Source: Porphyridium purpureum | Taxonomy: Eukaryota | Direction of reading: 5' to 3' | Assembly (NCBI GenBank): GCA_008690995.1 | Contig: VRMN01000028.1 | Coordinates: 1-59,159 of the forward strand | Length of the DNA: 59,159 nt | In this document: piece by piece, positions 11,374 to 23,100 of the stretch | Position numbering within the stretch: position 1 is the stretch's first letter | Layout of the letters: each line of letters starts with the position of its first letter | The notes under the pieces: generated by a model | Told to the model about the DNA's origin: nothing | The model's database searches: none | The model's input: only the letters and a program-made list of their open reading frames with translations | Program-made: the position numbers and the translations under genes

Positions 11374-14300
11374 ATGACTCGTCGGGGTGCTAACGTCGCG
11401 GCGGGTGCGAGTGGCGAACGTGAGAGAGAAGTGTCTCCCGCTGGAGAAGGGATCGATGCGGGACATATGACGCAAATCAGTCGCGACGAAGGCTCCACGG
11501 AGTCCAGCGACCAGTTCGATCCCTCTCTTCTAATTAGCATGGATCTTGGTAGTTTTTCTACCGAAAAGAGGCTGGCGATTGAGGACTTACGGGACTTCGT
11601 CGTCATGTTCCGAACCTACAGCGGTGTGGCCTTGATGGTGCAGATGACTCGCCGTCTTCCTCGTTCCAGTATCCTGGATTGTGGCCTCTTTGCACGCGAA
11701 CAGTTTGCTTCATTTCTGACAGCAGCACAAGTACCAGGTTTTCGTCTATCTGACCCCGGTGTACCCACGATTGATCGTTTTCGCCGGATTTATGAAGACA
11801 GCAATGATTCCCGATCTTCTGCGACGGTGCTAGATGCGAACGGACGTACTCCGCAACGGGGAGCCGCACCTGTGACGGATACTTGGCAGCAAGACTCTGG
11901 CCGATTGCAAGCAAGTACCGTAGGTCATAGTTCTCAGCCCGTGGTGCCACCAATCGTTTCTGTGCCCGGCAACGAATATGGTCTTGCAAGAAACTCATCC
12001 ACAGTTTCGAAAATGATTAGATCGGAGGACATTTTTTACATGGACGAATACAAGGATAAGATATCATATTACCGGTGGAAACAAGAAGCCCTTCTTACGT
12101 TTGCGCGAGCTGAAGTCACCGAACACCACCGTGCTCCGATCCTCGGCATGATGCTGGGCGGAACGATCAAGATGTTTTATACCGACAAAGTCCAGTACAA
12201 TAAGAGCCTGAACGATGCTTTCGAATTACTTGATTCCAAAGTTTTTACCGGGGAATTTCATGAACAGATGGTTGATTTATTTGACGGGGTGAAGTTCCGC
12301 CACATTGCGAATCGCATGCGTAATAGCGGCAACAAAGGGATTTTACATGTACTGTACCATGATACTCTGAAGTACGCGCAAGGCTGCTTACCGACGGAAT
12401 ATCATGGCGAACGCCGCCTCCTCCGGGCTCTGCGCAATGCAGTAAGAGATGAAAGTTTCGCATCTGCAGTCCTGCTGAAGGATTTCAACACTGCCGATGA
12501 CCTATACGCTCATCTGGTGGGATGCATCAATATACAGTCGCGGATTGTACGACCGTCTTTGCCTGCATCCCAGCCACGCGCCCAACATCAGTTGTTCACC
12601 AGAGATTTACGTCATCAAGTGTCTTCCTCCTCTGCCGCTGGATCGCACGCGAAGAAATCCAGTGCGCCGTTTTGCCGCAATTGCAGCTCTCCTGAGCACC
12701 TTGCCATGCAGTATCCAGAACCGCCCAAATGTCATAATTGTGGCTCTACAAGTCATTTCATTACACAGTGCTCGGAGACATTGAATCAAAAATTGCAACG
12801 AGCGCCTGTTCGAAATATTCGCGCGCTTCTCTTCAGTAATGAGGATATGCAAGCGTCCGATATTGATCCAGTGTTGGAAAGGGTTGAGTCGTTTGAAGAA
12901 CACAATGCTTCAGGACACGACAACAGCATAGAGGACGAACTATTTTATTCCGCTGTCAACGACATGCATATTAAGTATGAACATCTGCAAAGTATCGCGT
13001 CAGCAACTCGCTCGTCAGGAGCCATCGGGCTTGCGCTACTTTCGCAACGTATGATTTCAGACTTCTGGGGTGTATGCGTTGATACCGGAGCAAGCTCCAA
13101 CTTTTGCTCACTACCACAGTGGCAAGCGTTTTGCGCATTATCGAACAGCCCGTCTTCGCTGCGTCCAGTCACAACGCGCTCCGTCGGTCTCGATATCGGC
13201 ATATTTCGGATCATCGGAACTGGAGAGTTTCGTCTTCCGGTCTCGTCTGATGTGTTTTTGACCGTGGATGTGGACGTTCTTGATACTTCCAAAGCAGAAG
13301 ATCCTCAGTGGCCTCCACTGGTCTTGGGACTGTTGACCATGGATCATCACTCATGCTTTCCGAACAATTTGACCGACGCGTTGGTGTTTCCAACGCTTCA
13401 GATTGAGATACCTCTTATCCGCAAATTTGGAAAACTTTTCATCGACCCTGCCATTTTCGCTCGAGCGTCTCCGCTGTTGACGTACGCGGAGCTGCGAGAA
13501 ATTCACAGAAAGTTCAATCACGCGAGCAGCGAACGCATTCAGAGAATATTTGATATCGCCGACCAACCTTTGTCCGAAGACGAGTTCAGTATTCTAGCAA
13601 GACTATCGCGCCAATGTCACATCTGCCAGCGATTCTCGAAAGCACCCGCGACGTTTCGCCTGTCCGCCAATGTCGAAGTCAATTTCAATCATACTGTGCA
13701 GCTCGATACATTCTACCTGCCGCACACCCAAGGCGAACGACCTATGCCCGTGATGCATATCGTATGCGAAGGCACCCGTTTTATGTCTGGTCAATGGTTG
13801 AAGCACGACTCTACATCGGGTGCTTTATTCGAGATTTTCTTCCTGTGCTGGATTTCCGCGTACAATGGCGCACCACACATCGTCAAAGTCGACGCAGGAT
13901 CCGCTTACGCAAGCCGAGAATTTCAGGCCCTTGCAAATGTGCACGGTATTCACGTCGACGTACAGCCTATCGAAGGGCATCAATCGATCGGACGAGTGGA
14001 ACGCGCGCATGGTATAGTCGGTATTATGTACGAGAAAATGATACTTGAAGATCCAGACGCAGACGCAGATGAAACGCTTGCACACTGCTTCTTCGTCGCA
14101 AACTCATCCTGTGGGCTTTCGGGAATCCCACCATGCCTTATGGTGTTTGGCTCGATGCCTCGGATGGTAATCAGTTCGATTCAAGATGTTCCCTCTCAAG
14201 CCGCGCGGATCAATGCCCTTGTTCTCGCACGTCGTGTGTACGAAGAATTCATCGCGAAACAGTACTTAAACATCGCGCTGAGCCGTCGCCACGCAGCGCT

Positions 14301-16010
14301 CGGTTCCGAAATGCAAGACACCGGTCCTCCTGTGCCTGGCGACCTAGTAATAATCGCCCGGGAAAGAAACCGCAGACGGAATTATGATGGGCCCTATCTG
14401 TGCGTCGCTGTTGATGGCCATAAGGTCTCAGTTCGAATGCCGCCCACCGGTGCCGTCCGGATTTTTCATGTTGCATGTGTACGCAAATATCGGATCGAAC
14501 CCGCTGCTGAGCTGCTAACGCAGCCCATATCTGCCCGCGAATATCGCTTGAATCCAGACCTGCAACTTCGCTTCAAGAGTTCTGATGAGGAGGAGCTTTC
14601 CTGGCTTTACAACCAGGGAGCTTTTATTATTGCAGAACGTGTACCCACCAACGCCGTCATCGTCCCTGCAAAAATGGTTCGTGTTCTCAAAAACTACCGT
14701 ACTGCTCACGAGACCACAAAATCACGCTTGGTCGCACTCGGACATGTGGACGCTCAGAAACGCTCTCTTATTGTCGAGTCTCCGATGCTGTCGCAGTGGG
14801 CACTCAAAGTTATTGTGTCCACCACAGTTCAATTCGGCTGGACAATTCATACTCAGGATGCGAAAAAAGCCTACTTGCAAGCAACGAAATCATTGCAGCG
14901 CCCCGTATATATTGTCTTGCGTAGCGTCTTGTGCAATCTATTCTGCAACGCGGTCAACATTCCGCCCCGTGACATCTTGTACCTGCTCGTCGTCAAACCG
15001 CTCTACGGCCTATCCGAATCCGGCATGTATTGGTGGTTTTCCGTCCAGCACGCATTATCAACACTGTCGCTTGTTCCGACACCAATGGATCCGTGTTTCT
15101 TTATTCAGGCTTCAGATGGCCTGGTAGGCGTCCTATCGGACAATATCATTTACGCTGGAACGCGCTCATTTCTCGGCTCCTTGCAGCAAAAACTCGCAGA
15201 ATTTATTATGTCACCAGCTGAAACGCCTCCGCTCGAATACAATGGCGTACGCCTTGAGCAGAATTTGCGCATGCACCAAACTGAATACCTACAAACGCTG
15301 CGCCGCTCCGCATTGGAAGCGCTTACGCCTGAGCAATTTTGGGACGCATTCGTTGGCTTGGTCAAACTCGCCCAGATTTACTACCTCTTTCGCCATCGGC
15401 GCTCGATCTAGCGGATACCGCGAAACGTGTTGGCAAATACCTCGCTGAAACCAAACGTTGGTATCTGCCGTACGACCGCCTTGATGCGGATTTCCGCGTT
15501 CATGCGTACAGTGATGCAAGCTTCGCAACCGATGGCACCCGGTCGCGCCTGGCTTTCTGCATTTTCCTGGTGGACGGTGTGCACCGTGCTCATCTTCTTC
15601 ATGCAAGGAGCTATTTATCTCCGCGGGTTGTACGCAGTGTCCTTGCCGCCGAGCTGTATGCCGCAAGTGACTGTTTGGATTTCTGTCTAGCCCTGCAGCC
15701 CACGCTGTGCTCCGTGCATGTACGTGATGTGCCGATCACTTTATTCACCGACAGCCAAAGCATTTTTGATACGGTGCACAAGGCCAAGGTTTTCACTGAG
15801 AAACGGCTGATGGTTGATGTCGTGCAGCTGCGAGAGGCGATCGCCACGGGCGAGCTACAAGACCTCGCTCACCTTCGAGCTTCCTCAAACATCGCAGATA
15901 GCCTTACGAAGTTTGATACTCGCCGTCTAATGTGGCACCAGTACTTCATGACGGGAAAGCTTGACCACGATGTACACATGGCAACCCAGCGGTATTCTCC
16001 GGAACTGTAA
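11374..16010 (+). pseudogene. Copia gag-pol polyprotein; frameshift near 15400; RT xVDD motif reads LSDN
   Basis: Zn knuckle CHNCGSTSHFITQC; protease VDTGAS; integrase HRKFNH..CHIC, QLDTF, VDAG, VERAH; RT KSRLVALG, KPLYGL; RNase H YSDASFA, TDSQS, IADSLTK. Confidence 0.9.
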
Positions 16011-16633
16011 TGTTGACCTGTAACCTGCCTGGTCGGTGAAAGGCCTTGAGTTTCATATCACATTCGACCAGTATACTATACACATGTGTGCAACAATATC
16101 TCGGCCTACCGCTTCCCAATCGCGTCCTCGTTTTCGTCGGCACAACTGCCGCACTGTGTACTATGCGTCACCAGAGCGTCAAGTCATTCCTGCGCGTTGT
16201 CTTTGCGTCAGAGCTCGATGCAAATTTACAAGGCCATTCAAGTTCAGCAAGTTCCTTCGCTCAGTGTGGCGAATTATTGCGCGCCATCGATCATTCAAGC
16301 TATCAACAACATATTGGTGCTCCCACAAGCTTGCGCCTGACTCGTTTTCTCTCGTCATTTCATCTGCCAAGTCTCGACATGTCGTTTTGCCCGTTTCGGT
16401 ACCGTACAATGACCAAATGCCGCCCATTTTTTGCGAGGGCGCCGGTCAATTGGTTTTTTTACAATCTCCAGTCCGCATTTCGCACGCTGTTTTTCGTGCT
16501 CCGTGCCTGCTTGAATGTCCCGTCGACTTCCTCCTCTTCGCTCGCGCACGTGTTTTCACACTCGCTCTGTGATTCAGCATTGCATTCTGGAGTATGTCAT
16601 TCGTGTGCCATCCCAGAAAGAAAAATAAGGGAA

Positions 16634-16855
16634 TGTCAATTATTCGTGTGAATAATTGACCAAGTACAGGTGTAGCTATACCAAGTTACTTTGAGGGTTA
16701 CCCGAACCCTCAATTTCTTGACCAGCGTATAAATACGCGGCGAACGGCGGCGGGAAAGTAGCACTAGAACAAAAATAAAAGGTTAAGGGTGTATGGAAAA
16801 AGAACAAACCTTCCGCCCCGTGGGATAGCCTGACGGGGAATAGAGATGAACGACA
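16634..16855 (+). repeat. 3' LTR of copia 1
   Basis: Direct repeat of 11102..11323, followed by TSD ATGTT. Confidence 0.95.
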
Positions 16856-17140
16856 ATGTTCACGCGCCGGGTCACGATTCTAGACTGGCGGCGTGCGATT
16901 GAAATGAACGTAGCGCGGTGGAACAGGCAGGTGAGTATGAACAAAGTCGCCGAGCCGAGTGGGTTGTACGACGTGTATCTCGAAGATTCCCGGCTGGCTG
17001 GCGCTGTGCGAACGCAGAGGAAGTCGGGAATTGAAGAAATTGACCAGGAACAGTGGAGGACTCCAGTCTCACCAAAAAAACTTAATAATGAAAGACATCG
17101 TGTTGATCTCTTTGATCTCGTCAACGTCGACGGATCCAGA

Positions 17141-18292
17141 TTACTGCAGTATTAATTGTGTGTTGATGACGTTGTGTGCCACGAGGCAGTCTGCGGCAAA
17201 CTGTCCCGCCTTCCCACGAGAAGCACGTACCTTTCGGACTCCATGACAGAACTCCGAACAAGGGCCTCGTCCAAATCGAGCACAACTGGAACCCCATACC
17301 TTTTCGTAACACTCAAACGCGCCACGAACCTCGGCCTTTGGAATCCAAGAATAGTTTGACCACGGATACAATGGATTAGCTTCAACATTCCAACACACTA
17401 AAAGATAGGACTCCATCTTTGCCCATACACGGGTCACGACAACATCAGCTACCGACTCAACCGATGAGACATTCATTGGCACACACTTCAGGCGCTGAAT
17501 TACATGCCCAATGCTTGCATTCTGAGAGACTGTTTTCCTGTCGAAGATGGGATGGGCTAGCAGAATATCATTTGGAATCCCCACGTCTAATGCATTAACT
17601 CTCTCGATACGGCATGGCCAGAAGTTCTTGGAGTCCCAGTCAACGATGACAATCCAGGATGCGCGGTGCCATTCTTTTTCTTCCACACTTTTCCTCTTGA
17701 CGCAATTGAAGGTACAATCATAGGAATCCAAATACAGATCCAAGCCACTTTGGGCGTTGGCCAACGACTGACGTACCCAAGCGATTTCCCGGATACCTTT
17801 ATTCCCGAGTTCCTTTGGCAAATGTACAGCTGGACCAACTCTGGGCTTAGCCAACTCACTGAGCTCGCCGAACTGGGTCCCGCGCACTTCCACTAATTGC
17901 ACCAAACGTTGCAGACTCGACTCCATGTCTCCGACAACGACCCCCAATTGCGTGATCTCGGCCTGTAGCTGAGCCATGCGGTTCTCGGCATACATAGACT
18001 GCAAGGCGTACTCCTGCCTATTGGAATCCCTATCACGCCTGGCCAACTCTGCGGTATTCTGTGCCAGAACTGCAGAGTTCAACAAGGATGCGACCCGTGC
18101 CCGCAAGACCTTATTCTCGTCTTCAGCGGAGACCGCTGGGGACTCCGTCGACCCGCCGGACGAGACTTCGGGACTCCCTATACCGCCCTGCCCGCGGACA
18201 ACATTGCGTCCTTCTCCCGGTTCCATCTTGACTTTGTGTGTAGCTTCACGTACATCACGTACGTGCGCGCACCAGCCCGCAGTTCGGTCCAC
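17141..18292 (-). CDS. Accessory protein of Plavaka-like element 1: coiled coil, PWWP-like region, Cys/His tail; start uncertain
   Basis: Colinear similarity to ORF 35118..36074 (AQNTxEL, EYALxSM, VDW..WPxxIER, LVCWNV..YPW.N.SW, RGxFECYE). Confidence 0.75.
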   Translation of the reverse strand: MDRTAGWCAHVRDVREATHKVKMEPGEGRNVVRGQGGIGSPEVSSGGSTESPAVSAEDENKVLRARVASLLNSAVLAQNTAELARRDRDSNRQEYALQSMYAENRMAQLQAEITQLGVVVGDMESSLQRLVQLVEVRGTQFGELSELAKPRVGPAVHLPKELGNKGIREIAWVRQSLANAQSGLDLYLDSYDCTFNCVKRKSVEEKEWHRASWIVIVDWDSKNFWPCRIERVNALDVGIPNDILLAHPIFDRKTVSQNASIGHVIQRLKCVPMNVSSVESVADVVVTRVWAKMESYLLVCWNVEANPLYPWSNYSWIPKAEVRGAFECYEKVWGSSCARFGRGPCSEFCHGVRKVRASRGKAGQFAADCLVAHNVINTQLILQ

Positions 18293-18561
18293 TCATACAA
18301 CGCTAAGCCAAAACCGATTGAGACTTTATCTTTTGGAGAGTACAGTCCTGGCCAAGATGTTTGCAACACCTGCATTTTGGTCCCAAAAAATTAGATCGTA
18401 TAGTAAATTAGCCCATTTTAATAGAAAACTTTTTTTTTACTCTTTTTTAACATTGTTAACATCGAGCATGACGATGAACCAAGGCGCGGCGCGCGCGTCT
18501 TTGTTTTCCCCAGACCATCAGAAGGTGCTCAAAGGATCTTCGCTCGCTCATCCATCTCGTC

Positions 18562-19629
18562 GTGCGCAAGTGGAGAGTCTCCAGATCGAAATTGAGCGCG
18601 CAACGGCCGAACGATGGCGCCGTGACTGTCGGAACACGAAAAAGGGCAGATCGACGCCCTTGCGGGCCAGGAGCTGTCGGCACGAGCAATTGCGAAGGCT
18701 TCATGACGCGCCCAGATCGCTCGCGGCCATCCTATGCAACTGTCAGTCATTTTCTTGTGCCAACGGGGCACCGGATCGTCCGCAAGAAGCCAGGTCCGAA
18801 ACGGCTTTTGAGTCGCAAATCGGAACGCCGCACCATTCGCGCCGTATCTGTTGATGCACTGACGTCCGGACAGGTGGTTCACGAGCTGCACTTGCAGTGC
18901 TCGGCCAGGACAGTGCGTCGGACGCTTCAAGCAGCAGGCTTTCTTCGCTACAAGCGAGTCTCGCGGAAACCTTCGCCGTCGTCTGACAACATCAGGAAGC
19001 AATTGGCGTTTGCCACCGCATTCATTGCAAAACCAATGGCTTTCTGGTATCAAGTGGTCTTTTCAGACGAGAAGATTTGGAGCTGCGATGGCCCGTTCGG
19101 CTCCTCACAGCGATGGGTCGACTGTCGCGCCAAGTCAAGTTCGTACGCCAGGCGCCAGCAATCTGGAGGTGGCAAGGTTCACATGTGGGCCGGTATGTCC
19201 CTGCGCGGCCTAACAATGGCCGTCTTCGTCGAGGGTGGCTTGAATGCCGTGAAGTATCAACAAGTCTTGCTGGAAGCCTTGCTTCCGCTTGGCCTGGAAA
19301 TGTATGACTTCAATTTCACTTTCCAGCAAGACAATGCCCTGGCACATACGGCCAACTCGACCAAGGCGTGGCTCGACGCACTCGGCGTCACTGTGCTGCC
19401 GTGGTCTGCAAGGTCTCCGGACCTTAACCCAATTGAAAACATTTGGGGCGTCTTGTCGCGCGTGGTTTACCGAAAAGGCCGCCAGTTTGCACGCGTCGCA
19501 GAACTTAAGGCTGTCGTGCTTGCGGCGTGGGCGACCGTGGCCCAAAAGTACGTAGTTCCACTCTTGGAGTCCATGCCTCGCCGTCTTCAAGCTGTACTAG
19601 ACGCGCGCGGCCACCACACCAAGTACTAA
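18562..19629 (+). CDS. Tc1-like DD34E transposase; N-terminal HTH appears to be out of frame
   Basis: FSDEK, FQQDNA, SPDLNPIENIW; 34 residues between the second D and the E. Confidence 0.9.
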   Translation: MRKWRVSRSKLSAQRPNDGAVTVGTRKRADRRPCGPGAVGTSNCEGFMTRPDRSRPSYATVSHFLVPTGHRIVRKKPGPKRLLSRKSERRTIRAVSVDALTSGQVVHELHLQCSARTVRRTLQAAGFLRYKRVSRKPSPSSDNIRKQLAFATAFIAKPMAFWYQVVFSDEKIWSCDGPFGSSQRWVDCRAKSSSYARRQQSGGGKVHMWAGMSLRGLTMAVFVEGGLNAVKYQQVLLEALLPLGLEMYDFNFTFQQDNALAHTANSTKAWLDALGVTVLPWSARSPDLNPIENIWGVLSRVVYRKGRQFARVAELKAVVLAAWATVAQKYVVPLLESMPRRLQAVLDARGHHTKY

Positions 19630-19725
19630 AGTCTCATCCTTCTTGATTTTCGTGTTTCTTTCTTACGTTCCAAAACTCGCGTCCCCCGCCGAATCCCTCC
19701 TTTTTGCCGTCTCCATTGCCCACCC

Positions 19726-20034
19726 TGTTACCAATGCTGTGCCTTTTACTCTGCTTCTTCTTCTTCTTACCTCTTCTTACCTCTTCTCTCTCCGAGCAAG
19801 ACCTGACCGGCTAGTCCGGGCAGGCGCGTCGCCTTTTTATACCCTTACTTCCGCCAGGGACAGCAAGGCGCCAAGAGAAATGACAATGCAAACCATTGGC
19901 ATTTCTGCGCGCGTCTAGAAGGTTCTGGAACCTCTAGAAGCTTCTCGAAACGGTTAAACGGTCTGCCGGTTTAACGGCTTACCGGTTTCGGATTAACCGA
20001 ACCGTTCTAGGTGACTGGGGTCGAACGGATAACA
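19726..20034 (-). repeat. 3' LTR of gypsy
   Basis: tgttacc...ataaca, repeat of 24908..25216. Confidence 0.95.
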
Positions 20035-20153
20035 TCTCCCCCCCTCTTGGCTCGACGTCTCGGCGAGACTCCAAACTAAGTTGCATTCTTGGCTCGAGGA
20101 ACCCGCGCTCCGGGAGAAAACCTCTGCCTAGCAAACTTCTCACAATTCCCAAG

Positions 20154-23100
20154 TCATTCAGAGTCAGACTCTTCGATAATTTTCAACAAGTCTGGCTTAG
20201 AATCGGACGCTGGCAGGCCGTCGGGTACTTCTTCATCATTTTCCCCTGCCATGTAGTCTTCGCGTCCATAGTATGGCTTCAGATGTTGGATCGGAAAAAC
20301 ATCATGACAAGCCACACCCTCGGGCAAAATCACTCGGTAAGCATGCGAGCTTACCTTCTCAATGACAGGCACCGGACCAAGAAACTTTGGTGCCGCCAAA
20401 TCACTCTTATTCGGCCGCAATTGCGGCGCCGTGACCAACACTTGATCACCAACTTGAAACTCCCGGGCATCCTTGCTTCGATCGAAGAACTTCTGCATTC
20501 TCCCCTGGGCTTCGATCAAATTGTCGCGGACTTCTTCATGGACTTTGCACAGGCGAAACCAGTGCTCCGCCATGTCCTTCGTCTGTCCGTCACGCGCAGG
20601 CGTCCACCCTTCGCTCGGCGGAAACCACGGATCCCTTCCATATACCACTTTGAACGGCGCGAATCCAGTGGCACTGCTTGGTGCAGAGTTGTACGCAAAC
20701 TCGTACAACGGCAAGTCTCGCACCCAGCCACTATTCGTCGCCATTAACTTGAGCATTTCCCGAATCACGCGGTTCACTCGCTCAGTTTGGCCATCTGTCT
20801 GCGGGTGGTTGGCGGTAGACATTGCCAACTTCATGCCCACCCGCTTGCTCAGCTGCTGCCAAAACGTGGACGTAAACAGCGGATCTCGGTCCGACACAAT
20901 CGACTTGGGGTATCCGAAACGGCTCACGACGTGCTTCACGAACAAGTCAGCACAACGTTTTGCTGTCAAGTCCTTGCGCGTCGGGATAAACAGCGCCATC
21001 TTCGAATAGCGATCCACCACAGTCATGATTGCATCACAGCTGCCTTCGCTCCGAGGCAGCTCTGTCACAAAGTCCATCGAAATGTCGACCCAAGGTCCTT
21101 CTGGGATCGACAAGGGCTTCAGCTTTCCAAACGACCGATTCTCTGACTTTGTCACTTGGCATGCGTGACAAGTCTTCACAAAACGGCTCACGTCTCGCTT
21201 CATCTTTGGCCAGTAGAAGCGAGTTATCAAAGATGCATAAGTTGTGTCCGCTCCACGGTGCCCTGCTGTCGGGATATCGTGGTGGAGTTGCATGACACGC
21301 TCTCTGAACTTCCTCGGTACGCAAACGCGATTCCTCAAGTACAAGAGCCCAGCTTCGGTTCGGAAACCTTGGTGGGTCGGTAAGTCACCCATCAAAGTAT
21401 TAAAGTCTGGGTCACTCGAGTACGAACCCACGAATGCCTGGAAACCTGTACCAAATTCATCACACCGAACTTGGTACTCTAGCGCATGTAACTCCGGCTT
21501 CCTCGACAAAGCATCGGCCACCACGTTCGACTTTCCCTTCACATAGTCGATTGTGATATCAAACTCGGCTAAAAAGTCCAGCCACCGTGCCTGTCGGCCA
21601 CTCAGCTCCTTCTGCGTCATCAGATGTTTCAACGCCTCATGATCCGTATGAAGCACAAACTTTGCTCCGTACAGATAAGGTCGAAACTCTCGCAGACAAT
21701 GAATGACGGCCATGAGCTCTCCTTCATAGCTGCTGTACCTGGTCTCTCGGTCCAGCAGCTTCCTCGACGTAAACGCGACCGGTCTGCCTTCCTGTGCCAG
21801 CCATCCCCCCACCGCGACTTCAGAGCGGTCCGTGTACACCTCGAATGGCTTTTCAGGGTCTGGCAAGGCCAACACCGGCGCTTCCGTCAACATGCTCACA
21901 ATCTTCTTGAAGGCCGACTTGCCTTCATCTCCCAGTTCGATCAGCTGCTTCTTCGACTTTGCGTTCTGCAACAGCGAAGTCAGCGGCGCCACGACAGTAG
22001 AGTATCCTTTGACAAACCTGCGAAACCAGTTTGTCACTCCCAAAAAGGATCTCAACTCTGTCACCGTCTTTGGCACTGGCCAATCTTTCAAAGCTTCCAC
22101 CTTCCGTGGATCCATGTTCACGCAACCGTTGCCGACAATGTTCCCCAGGTATTCGACTTCAGAAACGAAGAAGCTACACTTCTTGTGCTTCAAACGATAC
22201 CCCGCCTTTTGCAAGCGCGACAACACTTCCTTCAGGACCTCGCCGTGCGACTGCCTATCCTTGGTGAAGACCAAAATATCGTCCAAGTAGACAATGACGG
22301 TCTTGTCCAGCAGATCTGCAAACAGCTCGTTCATGGCCCTCTGAAAAGTTGCCGGCGCGTTGCAAAGACCAAACGGCATCACACGGAACTCGAACTGTCC
22401 GTACCTGGTCTGGAACGCGGTCTTCGGCACGTCCTCTCTCCGAACACGCAATTGGTGGTACCTCGATGCCAAATCCAACTTTGAGAAACAATGAGCTGCG
22501 CCCAGTCGATCCAGCAACTCATCCATGTTTGGCAACGGATACCGGTCCTTCACAGTTGCGTCGTTCAACGCCCGATAATCAACGCACATCCTCATGCTGC
22601 CGTCTTTCTTCTTCACGAACAGCACGGGTGCTCCAAACGGGCTCTGACTTGGCTGGACGAATCCTTTGTCCAGTAAGTCATCCAAAGTCTCTCGGAGGAC
22701 TTTCAACTCCGCAGGGCTCAGTCGGTAGACCCTGCCCACTCTCACAGGCTTTTCATCTTTCAGCCTAATCACATGCTCCACTGTTCGGCTCTCAGGCAGC
22801 CCTCGCGGCTCCTCGAACAGATTTTCGAAATCCTTGAGCATCTTTCTCACAGAGTCATCTCCTTTGCGCTTCACTGAACAGGGCTCCTCCCTTCCTTTCA
22901 GCACGCCGAGGTAGCACTCTTCTACCTCCTGACTCTTCAACAGCCGACGGAGCTCTTTCCGCGGCACCAGCATCTGCGTCATGCTCCAGGCCCTCTTCTT
23001 TCCGTAGGCCAACATGCCAGACTGCCAATCAATCACTGGGTTCTCCCGCTTCAGCCACTCCATGCCCAAGATTGCGTCTTGTCCCGCAATCCGGCAAATG

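Larger units (their letters stand above)
11102..16855 (+). mobile_element. Ty1/copia LTR retrotransposon (GalEa-like), full length, 5754 bp
   Basis: 222-bp TG..CA LTRs; 5-bp TSD ATGTT (11097-11101, 16856-16860); purine tract just before 16634; domain order PR-INT-RT-RH. Confidence 0.95.
10593..17155 (+). pseudogene. Accessory ORF remnant of Plavaka-like element 1, split by the copia (parts ~10593-11101 and 16861-17155)
   Basis: Removing the copia and one TSD gives an in-frame join ...WILSIEMF-TRRVTILDW...; two in-frame TGA stops upstream; convergent with ORF 17141..18292, as in element 2. Confidence 0.45.
6430..18340 (-). mobile_element. Plavaka-like DNA transposon, element 1 (decayed, ends not defined, interrupted by a copia and abutted by Tc1)
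   Basis: Transposase and accessory ORF are both homologous to those of 31594..44446; GGANTCC enrichment runs on both sides of the copia insertion. Confidence 0.7.
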
